From assembly GCA_965222605.1 (NCBI GenBank), contig OZ244960.1, positions 5,984,001 to 6,048,000 on the forward strand: a stretch of 64,000 bases of DNA, written 5' to 3'. The translations under genes were made by a program, and so were the position numbers. The notes below the pieces were generated by a model. It was given only the letters and a program-made list of their open reading frames with translations, did not search any database and had not been told where the DNA came from. Below, piece after piece: positions 18,127 through 27,511 of this stretch. Origin of the DNA: Candidatus Latescibacterota bacterium (GTDB taxonomy: Bacteria > Latescibacterota > UBA2968). Position 1 is the first letter of the stretch. Each line of letters opens with the position of its first letter.

Positions 18127-19539
18127 ATGAAACGGAGAGAATTTCTCGGTGTGGTTGGTGCTGGTGTATGCGGGATGGCCGTTTCCAATGCGTTTGGTCA
18201 AGTTACGTCTAAGCGTTCCAATTTTGTATTTATTCAGGGTGAAGCGCAGGGTTGGACGAGTCTGTCTGTGCCAATGGATGATCGGGAGCCCAATTCGGCG
18301 AGTGATTTTCTTTATACGCCCAATTTGACGAAGCTGGCTGAAGATGGGATGCGTTTTTCGAATTTTTACGCGCCTTCCCCGCGATGCACACCGTCGCGAG
18401 TTTCATATCTTACGGGGAAAAGTCCGGCGAAATTGCGAATGACGTTTGTGAATCAAGTTGTTGGTAATACGAAACTGATTCCGCCAAGGCCCTTGTTGGA
18501 GATGCCGGTCGAAGAGATTACTATTGCCGATTATTTGAAACAGGAGGGGTATGTCGCGGCGCATTTTGGCAAGTGGCATATGGGGAGAAAAGATCCGGGT
18601 TTCCACGGTTTTGATGAGAGTGATGGCCCAAATAATAATGGTGGGCCTGAAAATGTTCGCGATCCCAATCCGAAGCAGGCGTATGCAATAGCCGAAAAAG
18701 GTATGGCGTTTATAGAGCGTCAGGTTGGAGCGAGAAATCCTTTCTATTTGCAGTTGGATCAATATTCGAGTCGGCGTGGAGAGCATGCCTTGCCGGAAAC
18801 GCTGAAGGAGATACAACAGCGTGCTGGTGGGACAGATAATAGGCGTTTGGGAGAAATAGCTGCTTGCCTGGATATTGATAAGACTATTGGTATGGTTCTG
18901 GATAAAATTGAGGAACTGAATATTGCCGATAACACGTATGTATTTTACTCTGCTGATCACGGCACGCCGGGACGGATGTCAAATGCGCCGCTGACGCTGG
19001 GGAAAGGCTCGGTTTGGGAGGGTGGTTTGCGCGTTCCACTATTGGTTCGGGGGCCGGGGATTATGGCTGGCGCGTTTGCTTATGCCCGGACAATGGGTAT
19101 TGATTTATTGCCGACCATTGCAGAATTGTCTCAGGGCAATAGCTCTTTGCCCGGGGATGTTGAAGGCGGGAGCCTTGTACCTATTTTGAGGAATCGGGGT
19201 AAAGGTGAAGTGAAGCGGTCACGCGAGGAACTCGTTTTTCATTTTCCACATTACGATATGGATCCCGCGGGACCTGCATCGGCAATTGTGTTGGGCAATT
19301 ACAAGCTGATCAAATTTTATGAGACCAATAAATTACACCTGTTTGATCTGAGTAAAGATATGGGTGAGAAGAACGATCTGGCAGATCGCAAACCAGAGGT
19401 TGTTGCGAAATTGCACGATCGGCTGAATGAATATTTATCCTCAGTTGATGCCCAAATGCCCCAGTCCAATCCGAATTACGATCCGAGTAAGCCGGTCGAT
19501 GAGCGAAGGCGGAGAAATAATCGGAGAAGGCGGGATTAG
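18127..19539 (+). CDS. Tat-exported sulfatase (S1), paralog of the upstream gene
   Basis: KRREFL Tat motif; CTPSR; GKWHMG; ADHG; shared EELVFHFPHY and KLIKFYET blocks. Confidence 0.88.
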   Translation: MKRREFLGVVGAGVCGMAVSNAFGQVTSKRSNFVFIQGEAQGWTSLSVPMDDREPNSASDFLYTPNLTKLAEDGMRFSNFYAPSPRCTPSRVSYLTGKSPAKLRMTFVNQVVGNTKLIPPRPLLEMPVEEITIADYLKQEGYVAAHFGKWHMGRKDPGFHGFDESDGPNNNGGPENVRDPNPKQAYAIAEKGMAFIERQVGARNPFYLQLDQYSSRRGEHALPETLKEIQQRAGGTDNRRLGEIAACLDIDKTIGMVLDKIEELNIADNTYVFYSADHGTPGRMSNAPLTLGKGSVWEGGLRVPLLVRGPGIMAGAFAYARTMGIDLLPTIAELSQGNSSLPGDVEGGSLVPILRNRGKGEVKRSREELVFHFPHYDMDPAGPASAIVLGNYKLIKFYETNKLHLFDLSKDMGEKNDLADRKPEVVAKLHDRLNEYLSSVDAQMPQSNPNYDPSKPVDERRRRNNRRRRD

Positions 19540-19608
19540 TATTGATTCTGCCTTCGTTTTTTTGTATCGCCTTGAGCCTCACCTTGTTTATAAATGGCGC
19601 GCATCCGA

Positions 19609-19892
19609 AAACTCACCGCCTATATCTGTAATCTGCGTCCAGATTCCGTCCTTGGAAGGATCGAAAACAGATCTGAACCCGCCTTTTCCTCCATCGTTTG
19701 CCGCGCTTAATAATCCCACAAATAGTGAATCGCTTCCGCGATCTACTTCTATTGTTCCTCTATCCAATCCATCCACTTCACGAGCCGTGAAAGGTATCTT
19801 GATACCCTTTCGTTTGAAAATGGTGTCAGGTGGATATACAACTCTCGGATCTCATCGAGAAAGTTGATCTACCGTGAGTATGACGCCTTTAA
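19609..19892. repeat. Diverged direct repeat, copy 2 (decayed nucleotidyltransferase 3' end plus 5' end of the next gene)
   Basis: Homologous to 15400-15689 with substitutions and small indels. Confidence 0.85.
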
Positions 19893-19989
19893 ACGACATT
19901 CTGCCCAATTTATGTTTTTATCTTTTATCTATTTAAAGACGTTTGTATATTGATTAGCTATTGGCGCAGATTACTAATTTTGCGGAGTT

Positions 19990-21555
19990 TTGATGAAAAT
20001 TCTTCTTACTTTTACGGGCTTTCATGACCCATATTCATTGGGTTTGGTTGGCGAAGAAGAGCAGCCTGGGCCCATTTTGTCTCTTATAGGGGCTGTGCCG
20101 TTTGACAAGGTCGTTCTCTTGTCAACACCTGCAACAGAGAGCCATACTGCTGGGACACGGGAGGCGCTTGAACGGACACATTCAGAGATATCTGTAGAAA
20201 TACTGGATTTTCCGCTTGCTGACCCTACGGATTACCATGCCATCATTCAGGAACTTCGAGAGAAGATTCCTCCGGTTCTGGGGAAATTCCCAGATGCGAA
20301 ATTCTCTATCTCAGTCGCCTCAGGGACACCGCAAATGCACGCGAGCTGGGTGCTCTTAACCGCTAGTGGAGAGATTCCTGCTCAGATCCTTCATGTTCGC
20401 CCGCCCAGGTTTGTTACGAAAGACCGACCTCTCGTATCAGAGGTCAAGCTGGCTCCGACCTATACGCAGCCTTTAAAGGAAGGGTTTAATCTCAAACTTG
20501 CTGAATTTCGACAAGAGTCAACAGCCCTCTTTTCACCAAGCGATGCGAAAGTGTCGGAAGTACCGGAACCCTACTTTACGCCAGATTTGGATGAAATCGT
20601 CGCGCAAATGGGGATTGTTGGAGAGCATCAGAGCGTTCGAAAGGCCATTGAAATTACGGATCAGCTTGCGGGATCAGACTTTCCGCTTCTTATTTTGGGA
20701 GAAACGGGCACGGGAAAGGAGTTATTTGCCAAACTTGCGCATCGGCTCAGTAGAAGGCCTCCAGACAAGTTTGTTACTTTGAGCAGTCCCAATATACCCC
20801 ATGAACTGGTTGAAAGTATGTTGTTTGGCCACAAAAAAGGCGCGTTTACCGGGGCTGTTCGTAATCAGACAGGTAAGTTTGAGCAAGCGGATGGAGGTAC
20901 GCTTTTTTTGGATGAAATCGGGGAACTCCCGCTGCCTACGCAGGCAAAATTGCTGCGTGTGTTGCAGGATGGTATTATTGAACCGCTCGGTAGCACAAAG
21001 AGCAAGCAGGTCAATGTGAGGATTGTTGCGGCGACAAATCGCGATCTGTTGGAAGAAATTAAAGCAGGAAATTTTCGGGAGGATCTGTATTACAGACTGC
21101 GAGGAGGAGAGATACGACTTCCTTCTTTACGGGAACGTAGAAGTGATGTTGGTAAGTTGGCACTGAATATCCTGGATCGCGTGAATGCCAGTTTGCGATA
21201 TCCAAAGCGGTTTACCCGGGAAGCCTTGAATCGTCTGGAGAGTTTTAGTTGGCCGGGGAATGTTCGTGAACTGGAATTTGTGATTGAGCGTTCAGCGCGG
21301 CTCGCTCGAAAGGAGTTGCTGGATGCAGATGACATCGTATTCGATGCGCCAGCTTCTGGAACAGACCCCTTTGCATCACTTCCGGAACCACATGATGGAT
21401 TCTATATGAACGATTATCTTAAGAGCGTGCGCAAGCAATTGATGCTTCGCGCCCTGGAAATTGCCAATGGGAATCAGAGCCAGGCGGCAAAGCTGTTGGG
21501 GGTTACGGCACAGGCCGTGCATAACTTCATCAAGGACGAAGATGGAAAGTCGTGA
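19990..21555 (+). CDS. Sigma-54-dependent enhancer-binding protein with N-terminal CARF/RtcR-like domain
   Basis: AAA+: GETGTGKE, LFGHKKGAFTGA, LFLDEIGEL, FREDLYYRL, WPGNVREL; Fis HTH GNQSQAAKLLG; N-terminus GFHDP..GPILS..DPTDY..ASGTPQMH is CARF/RtcR-like; no receiver domain. Confidence 0.88.
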   Translation: MMKILLTFTGFHDPYSLGLVGEEEQPGPILSLIGAVPFDKVVLLSTPATESHTAGTREALERTHSEISVEILDFPLADPTDYHAIIQELREKIPPVLGKFPDAKFSISVASGTPQMHASWVLLTASGEIPAQILHVRPPRFVTKDRPLVSEVKLAPTYTQPLKEGFNLKLAEFRQESTALFSPSDAKVSEVPEPYFTPDLDEIVAQMGIVGEHQSVRKAIEITDQLAGSDFPLLILGETGTGKELFAKLAHRLSRRPPDKFVTLSSPNIPHELVESMLFGHKKGAFTGAVRNQTGKFEQADGGTLFLDEIGELPLPTQAKLLRVLQDGIIEPLGSTKSKQVNVRIVAATNRDLLEEIKAGNFREDLYYRLRGGEIRLPSLRERRSDVGKLALNILDRVNASLRYPKRFTREALNRLESFSWPGNVRELEFVIERSARLARKELLDADDIVFDAPASGTDPFASLPEPHDGFYMNDYLKSVRKQLMLRALEIANGNQSQAAKLLGVTAQAVHNFIKDEDGKS

Positions 21556-21559
21556 AGAT

Positions 21560-21596
21560 TTAAACGTGGGTTGAAAAGGCTTTAACTTATCTTGAA
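21560..21596. promoter_or_regulatory. Tandem imperfect palindromes, candidate upstream activator sequences
   Basis: TTAAAC-GTGG-GTTGAA (21560-21575) and TTTAAC-TTAT-CTTGAA (21581-21596), 21 bp apart, ~75-110 bp upstream of the -24 element. Confidence 0.5.
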
Positions 21597-21628
21597 TGTA
21601 TCAGAGGAGGAAAATCAAGTTCGTATTT

Positions 21629-21641
21629 TAATGTATTGATT
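21629..21641 (-). promoter_or_regulatory. IHF-binding site
   Basis: TAATGTATTGATT is the reverse complement of AATCAATACATTA, an exact match to WATCAANNNNTTR, between the UAS and the promoter. Confidence 0.55.
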
Positions 21642-21670
21642 TTATAGGTTTTATGGTTTGTTTATGATTT

Positions 21671-21686
21671 TGGCACATGGTTTGCT
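21671..21686 (+). promoter_or_regulatory. Sigma-54 (-24/-12) promoter
   Basis: TGGCAC-ATGGT-TTGCT matches TGGCAC-N5-TTGCW with GG-N10-GC spacing. Confidence 0.85.
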
Positions 21687-21731
21687 GCACATAGTGATAA
21701 ACTATCACTCTTCACATTTAGGAGGCAGACT

Positions 21732-22013
21732 ATGGCAATGTTCAGAGTCGTAAATATAGTTGATGGAGACACATTTGATGTGTCGTCCTGGAAGTGGAAA
21801 GGACAGACAGGAACTCGGGTGCGCCCAACGGGTTACGATGCACCTGAGCTTTCATCATCTCAAGGACAAGCAGCTAAGAGAAAATTGACGAATCTAATTT
21901 TGGGGAAGGACGTTGAGTTGCGGCAGGCACACCGAATTGATAGAGGACGTCTCGTGTGCGACGTTTACTACAACGGGGTTTATCTGGCTCACTACTTTCC
22001 CGAATATCAATAG
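21732..22013 (+). CDS. Thermonuclease (SNase-like) small nuclease, no signal peptide
   Basis: IVDGDTF, RVR..GYDAPEL, DRGRLVCDVY; RBS AGGAGG at 21720-21725. Confidence 0.8.
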   Translation: MAMFRVVNIVDGDTFDVSSWKWKGQTGTRVRPTGYDAPELSSSQGQAAKRKLTNLILGKDVELRQAHRIDRGRLVCDVYYNGVYLAHYFPEYQ

Positions 22014-22028
22014 GTGGGGTATATCTAA

Positions 22029-22874
22029 GTGAAGCGGAAATTTCAGGTCTGCAATGGCTATTATCTTGAATTTGAGCAACTTGCCAGAGTATTGAATTTT
22101 CTAAAAGCCAATCTTGATGCTAAAAAGATTAGTCGGGCTGATCTGATGGATGGGACAGGGCTCTCAGAGCGGCAGATCGAAAGTCTGGTAAGTGTTGGAG
22201 CTGCGATGGATTTGATTCAGCGTGGCAAGCAGATCCTTAGCGAGTCCGGTAGATTGATTGCCGAGAATGATATTTTTATTGAGGCAAAGGGATCTCTGGA
22301 ATGGTGTCATTACAAAGGTGCTGGTAATTATCGAAACCTAATCTGGTACGATATTTTTAATGTCATTCTTCCCTATGAATCGCCTATGACGTCTGAAGGG
22401 TGGATGGCCCATCTAAGGGAGATTTTGGCTGGGCAGTACACGGACAGGACGATTGGCAAGCATCTTCAAGAGGAAGTTCGTTTTGTTGAGAACGCATACC
22501 TTGAACGGAATTTTGGACGTCTTGAACTGCTGTATCAGAGTTCAGAGAATTTCATAAGCCGTCGCCGTCATTCTAATCCCGATCCCAAGGTTTTTGCCGC
22601 CATTCTCTACGCCTATGCTGAGGTTCATAATGCGAATTTGCATCAGGTAAAAGATCTTGTGGAAACGGTGGGTGCTCCAGGTTTTTTGTTTGCTCTCGAC
22701 GAGGGTACACTCAGATTGATTTTAGAGGAACTGCATAAGCGCGGTTGGATTCGCTTTGAGGGTACTCATAATCTGGATCAGGTTCGGCTGAAAAGCGAAT
22801 TCTCGTACCTTGATTTTCTCGCAGCCTATTATGAAGATCGCGAACCCGAGGCAAAATCAGTCTCAAAAGGATAG
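22029..22874 (+). CDS. DUF4007 (SspB/BrxA-like winged-helix) protein
   Basis: LSESGRLIAENDIFIEAKGSLEWCHY, WYDIFN, APGFLFALDE and GTHNLDQV follow the DUF4007 pattern as I recall it. Confidence 0.65.
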   Translation: MKRKFQVCNGYYLEFEQLARVLNFLKANLDAKKISRADLMDGTGLSERQIESLVSVGAAMDLIQRGKQILSESGRLIAENDIFIEAKGSLEWCHYKGAGNYRNLIWYDIFNVILPYESPMTSEGWMAHLREILAGQYTDRTIGKHLQEEVRFVENAYLERNFGRLELLYQSSENFISRRRHSNPDPKVFAAILYAYAEVHNANLHQVKDLVETVGAPGFLFALDEGTLRLILEELHKRGWIRFEGTHNLDQVRLKSEFSYLDFLAAYYEDREPEAKSVSKG

Positions 22875-22884
22875 GGACGCATTC

Positions 22885-23352
22885 GTGAATGATGGCATCG
22901 ATATTATCAAGCAGGCAAAGGGATTGCCCCAAAGACCAAGGGGTAGAGCGTGTATTGTTTTGACGCACAAACATGAGGAGCAAAGGGCCTGGGCTAAGGA
23001 ACTGGCCGTGCAAATGGGTGCACATCATCTCGATCTGTTGGATCATTTTGCATCTCATCCAGATTTGACAGAGAATATTGGGCAATTTACAATTCAGAAC
23101 CTGTTCGATTTGCTGTCCTCAATGAGGAATCAGAAGGTTTTGATTGTGACCGGTTTGGAGTTTTTGTTGGCAACATGGACGGGCAGTCCTAGTGCGATGG
23201 AGCAATTTGCGCATCAGATTGAATCCTGGGATAAATCGCCAGCCTTGCTGATTGTCATGCAATACGATGGTGCGCTGGCTACCAGAAGGTTCACACGATA
23301 CCCTCAGTATAAATTCGTTGTAGATCAAAAGGAGACGTTTGCACTGTTATGA
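22885..23352 (+). CDS. Small degenerate P-loop-fold BREX accessory protein (BrxF/BrxB-like)
   Basis: ~155 aa from GTG 22885; alpha/beta pattern with KVLIVTGLEFLL at a Walker-B-like position, no Walker A; ATGA overlap with the MTase. Confidence 0.5.
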   Translation: MNDGIDIIKQAKGLPQRPRGRACIVLTHKHEEQRAWAKELAVQMGAHHLDLLDHFASHPDLTENIGQFTIQNLFDLLSSMRNQKVLIVTGLEFLLATWTGSPSAMEQFAHQIESWDKSPALLIVMQYDGALATRRFTRYPQYKFVVDQKETFALL

Positions 23353-26300
23353 AAAATCAAGGTCTTTTTAGCACATTATTCATTGAAGACATTCAGAAAG
23401 AAACAGAACTGGACGATATGGGCGGGGGTCGTATGACCGCCCTGGCTCAAGCCTGGCAAGCGTGCAATCGAGGCTCTGCTGATGATCTATGGGAAAGTTT
23501 TGTCAAGCAGGCGGTTAGTTACCTGGAGTTCGCGCCGCGCGCTGCACCGGCTGTTCCTGGAATTTATCTCCTGTATGAAGATTGGGGATTTAGGAACTGC
23601 CTTTCAGTGCTTTGTCTTGTTGATCCAAAAGGAGATATGGATGATACGCGTGTGGGGCACTTCTGGGTTGGCAAGCTTATTGCCGAACTGAAGGCCTGCA
23701 GTCTCAATTGGGGCATTTTGACGGATGGGAGTTGCTGGCGACTTTATTCCTTAAAGACAGCAAAGCCCTATGAAGAGTACGTTGAATTGCCTCTATCGAA
23801 TGCCCTTGAAAACAATGACGAAGCCGAATATGCTTTGTTTGAGCATTTTTTTCATCGTGATGTTTTTGTGCCAGAGCGACCTGATGAAGATGAGGATGAT
23901 GCAGAAGATGAGAAGGCTACTGTCAAGGAGCTTTACAAGTGCCGTCTGGATAGAGATGGAGAGCAATCTGAAGAGATTCTGGAGGAATATGTAAAATCTC
24001 CACTGCTGAATCAGGTTGATGAAGTCCTCCAATATATCTGCAACGGATTCATTGCGGATACGTCCCGCAAAGGGGGAGAGTACACGGAAGATGAGCGCCG
24101 CGAGATCTTTGAAAGTGCCGTCAAACTCCTCTACCGGTGTTTGTTCCTTTTTTATGCTGAATCACGTCATCTGTTGCCCTCAGATACAGAAAAAACCGAA
24201 GTCTATGAAGAGGGGCTTTCGATTTATGCGTTGTGCCGGGAGGCACATGGTTTTCGTTGGGGGAAGCGTAGTGACCACGGAGAGTATGATCTCTGGCAGC
24301 ACTTGAAAGGGCTGATCAGCGCGGTGAACGATGGCGACTCAGAATACGGGATTATGGGATACGATGGTGGCCTTTTCGACGATGAAGAGGAACTCTTTCT
24401 TGGGCAGCATCGACTGCGGAATGATTTCCTTGCTCGTGCCCTTTATCTGTTGGCTTTCGTTGAGCCTTATAATTCTGATCCAGAAGAAGAATATGAGATT
24501 CCCTATGAGGATCTGGAAGTTCGGCATCTGGGAGAACTGTATGAGAACATCCTGGAATTCAACGTTATGTTGGCCGAAGTAGATATGGTTCGGGTGCAGT
24601 CCAAGAAAGGCACTCAGATCCTTCCAAACACCGAAGTAAAGCAAAGGGCGTCGTCGCGCCTAATAAAAAAAGGGGATGTCTATTTTGGCGAGACTGCACT
24701 TGAGCGGAAGCAGACGGGATCGTATTACACACCGGAGTCATTGGTTCATTTCCTCAACCAGAAGGCTATTATACAGCCCTTAAAGGAGCGCTTTGAAAGT
24801 GATTTCAGGGAGCGGTTTGATCAATTTCTGGAGCAAGCTACTGAAGGATTTGATTCGTCAACGCGGAGCGGGGCCGTTCAATCTGCAGTCGCACTGATAG
24901 AGCGATTCGTGAACGAGGTTGTTCTGGATTTTAAAGTTTGCGATCCGGCAATGGGCAGTGGGCATTTCCTGGTTAATGCGTCAAACCAAATGACGGTTCT
25001 GGTGGTCGATCTGTTTACAGAAATCCCGGTAGCTGAGGGATTCAACTCTGACTTGAATTGTGAGATCAACTATTGGAGAAGGCTGATCACTCGACATTGT
25101 CTCTATGGAGTGGACCTGAATCCTTTGGCAGTTCATCTGGCCAGACTTTCTCTCTGGCTGAACAGCTTTGCGAGGGATCATAAATTGACATTTTTGGATC
25201 ACCATTTGCGGTGTGGGAATAGTCTGATTGGAATCCGATCCCTTAGCCAGCTTCGAAAAATACCTAAAAGGAAAAAGGATCGTCGCAGAAAAACAGATCA
25301 GGAAGAGCTTTTTGATTTGACCCAGTTGTCAAGTATCCTTGATGTTGCTGCTAATACGACACTGAAGATTACCGAAGTTGATGAGGACGATACAGATAGG
25401 CAGAAAGGCATGTTCAGTCAGGCTCAAGATGCTACTGCCGATTTTCATCCATTGGCAGATCTGTTTACAGCCTATTTAATGGATTTAGACATTCAGATAG
25501 TTGATTATAGGGATCTCTTCGAATGTTTGGCAACCGGAAAGTCTGTTTCTAAGACTTTAAATCCTTACTTACCGGAACTTTTGGAATCTATCGGTGCTTA
25601 TCGTGAGAAGCACCAATTCTACCATTGGCCGTTAGAATTCCCTGATGTTTTCGCTCCTGGAGCTATGGGAGGGTTCTCTGCAACAGTTGGAAATCCTCCG
25701 TGGGATATTTTGAAACCTAATTCGCAAGAATTTTTCTATGCGTATGATTCAAAGTTCCGCTCCTATAATAAAAAGGAAGCTAATAGTGTATGCGAGAAAA
25801 TACTCAACCAGAATCTAAGTATACAAGCAAAATGGGAAGATTACTGCGCACGTTTTAGCCAACAGAGTTCATATACAAGGGAACCCTTGACATATCAATT
25901 TCAGGGCAGAGGAGACATAAATACGTACAAGCTTTTCCTTGAGCTGTTCTTTATTCTACTAAATGATAGTGGGTATATTGGCATTCTTGTGCCTAGTGGA
26001 TTATATACAGACCAAGGATGCGCACTGCTGCGAAGATTGTTCTTTGAAAATACGCATGTGGATAGTTTGTTCTGTTTTGAGAATAAAGGTATTTTCAATA
26101 TTCACAGAAGTTATAAGTTTGTCACCTTCTGTACAAGGAAGGGTGAATCTTCTGGTAGGCTCAAATGTGCATTTATGGAACACGATCCAGATAGCTTACC
26201 TCGATTAGAGAAGAATTCGCTCGAAATAAATGTAAACCAAATAAAGAAACTTGCCCCAGAGAACCTAAATATTTTTGAGTTCCAAAATCAACAAGAAATA

Positions 26301-26610
26301 GACATTATCGAGAAGATATATTCCGATCATCCTCCATTAGGGCAGAAATCCAACTCCCCCTGGTCTGTGCTGTTCACTAGAGAGATAGACAATATGGGTG
26401 ACATGGAGATGCTAAATCAAGATGGTTTCGGGGTCCCTCTGTATGAAGGAAAGATGATTCACCAATACAATCCAAACTTCGCCAAAAATAACTATTGGAT
26501 TGACCCGGATAGAGCACGAACAAAACTCAAAAAGTTTCCGGAACAAAAACTGATAAATGCGGATCATTATCGTCTTGTAAATCGCCGCCAAGCACGGACA
26601 ACCGATACTA

Positions 26611-27511
26611 ACCTTTGGTGCTAGTAGATAAGAAGTTGTAAGTCGCCAGAAGTTTACCTATGCTGAATGAGTTAGCACCTCATTCATTCACAGCAGGGAG
26701 GTAAACTTCATGACGACTGAAATGCTGATCATTGACCTGTTCTGTCGGGTAGATGATCAAACGCAAGACCTTGAGAAACATCCTCAAGCCAAGCTCTATC
26801 CCAGCGAAGTCATCACGTTGGCCTTGCTTTTTGCGATTAAAGGGGTGGGCAATCGCGCCTATTATGATTGGCTGATAAACGATTGGCAGCACCTGTTTCC
26901 TAACTTACCTCATCGCACGCGCTTGTTTCGCCTCTTTTTAAGGCATCAACACGCCACAAGCCGATTTTTAGCCGAAAAGAGCGTGTTGGGCATCATTGAT
27001 AGCTATGGCATTGAGTTGATTCATCCGATCCGAGAAGGCAGAAGTCCTGCTCAGATCGGGAAGAAAGGCAAATCGAATTATCGCTGGATTGTCGGTGGCA
27101 AGCTCTGTCTGTTGATCAATCAATGGGGTCTCATCGTGGATTGGGACTGTCAGACAGCTAATGTTCACGATACCACCTTCCACCATCTCATCAAGCAGGT
27201 GCAATCAGACATGGTCGTCTTTGCCGATGTCGGCTTTCAAAAAGCGCAAGACAACCCAGAAAACTTAAAAATCTGTCCGCGTGGCACTTGGAATGAGCGC
27301 ATGGTGGTTGAAACCATCTTATCTATGATGACGCTCGTGTGGCATTTTAAGAAAGTCATGCATCGGGTCTGGAGCTATTTTGCAATGCGATTGGCTTTTA
27401 CCATGGCCGCCTTCAATATCTTGGTACAATGGCAGGGCTTTAAACCCGATGAAGATGGGTTCATTAACCTTGCCATCGCACACTTCAGAATATAACACTA
27501 GCACCAAAGGT
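26611..27511 (+). mobile_element. IS982-family insertion sequence, 901 bp, 5-bp target duplication TACTA
   Basis: Perfect terminal IR ACCTTTGGTGCTAGT (26611-26625) / ACTAGCACCAAAGGT (27497-27511); TACTA at 26606-26610 and 27512-27516. Confidence 0.9.
26710..27495 (+). CDS. IS982-family DDE transposase
   Basis: KLYPSEVITL N-terminus, IIDSYG, FADVGF, ERMVVETILS; RBS GGGAGG. Confidence 0.85.
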   Translation: MTTEMLIIDLFCRVDDQTQDLEKHPQAKLYPSEVITLALLFAIKGVGNRAYYDWLINDWQHLFPNLPHRTRLFRLFLRHQHATSRFLAEKSVLGIIDSYGIELIHPIREGRSPAQIGKKGKSNYRWIVGGKLCLLINQWGLIVDWDCQTANVHDTTFHHLIKQVQSDMVVFADVGFQKAQDNPENLKICPRGTWNERMVVETILSMMTLVWHFKKVMHRVWSYFAMRLAFTMAAFNILVQWQGFKPDEDGFINLAIAHFRI

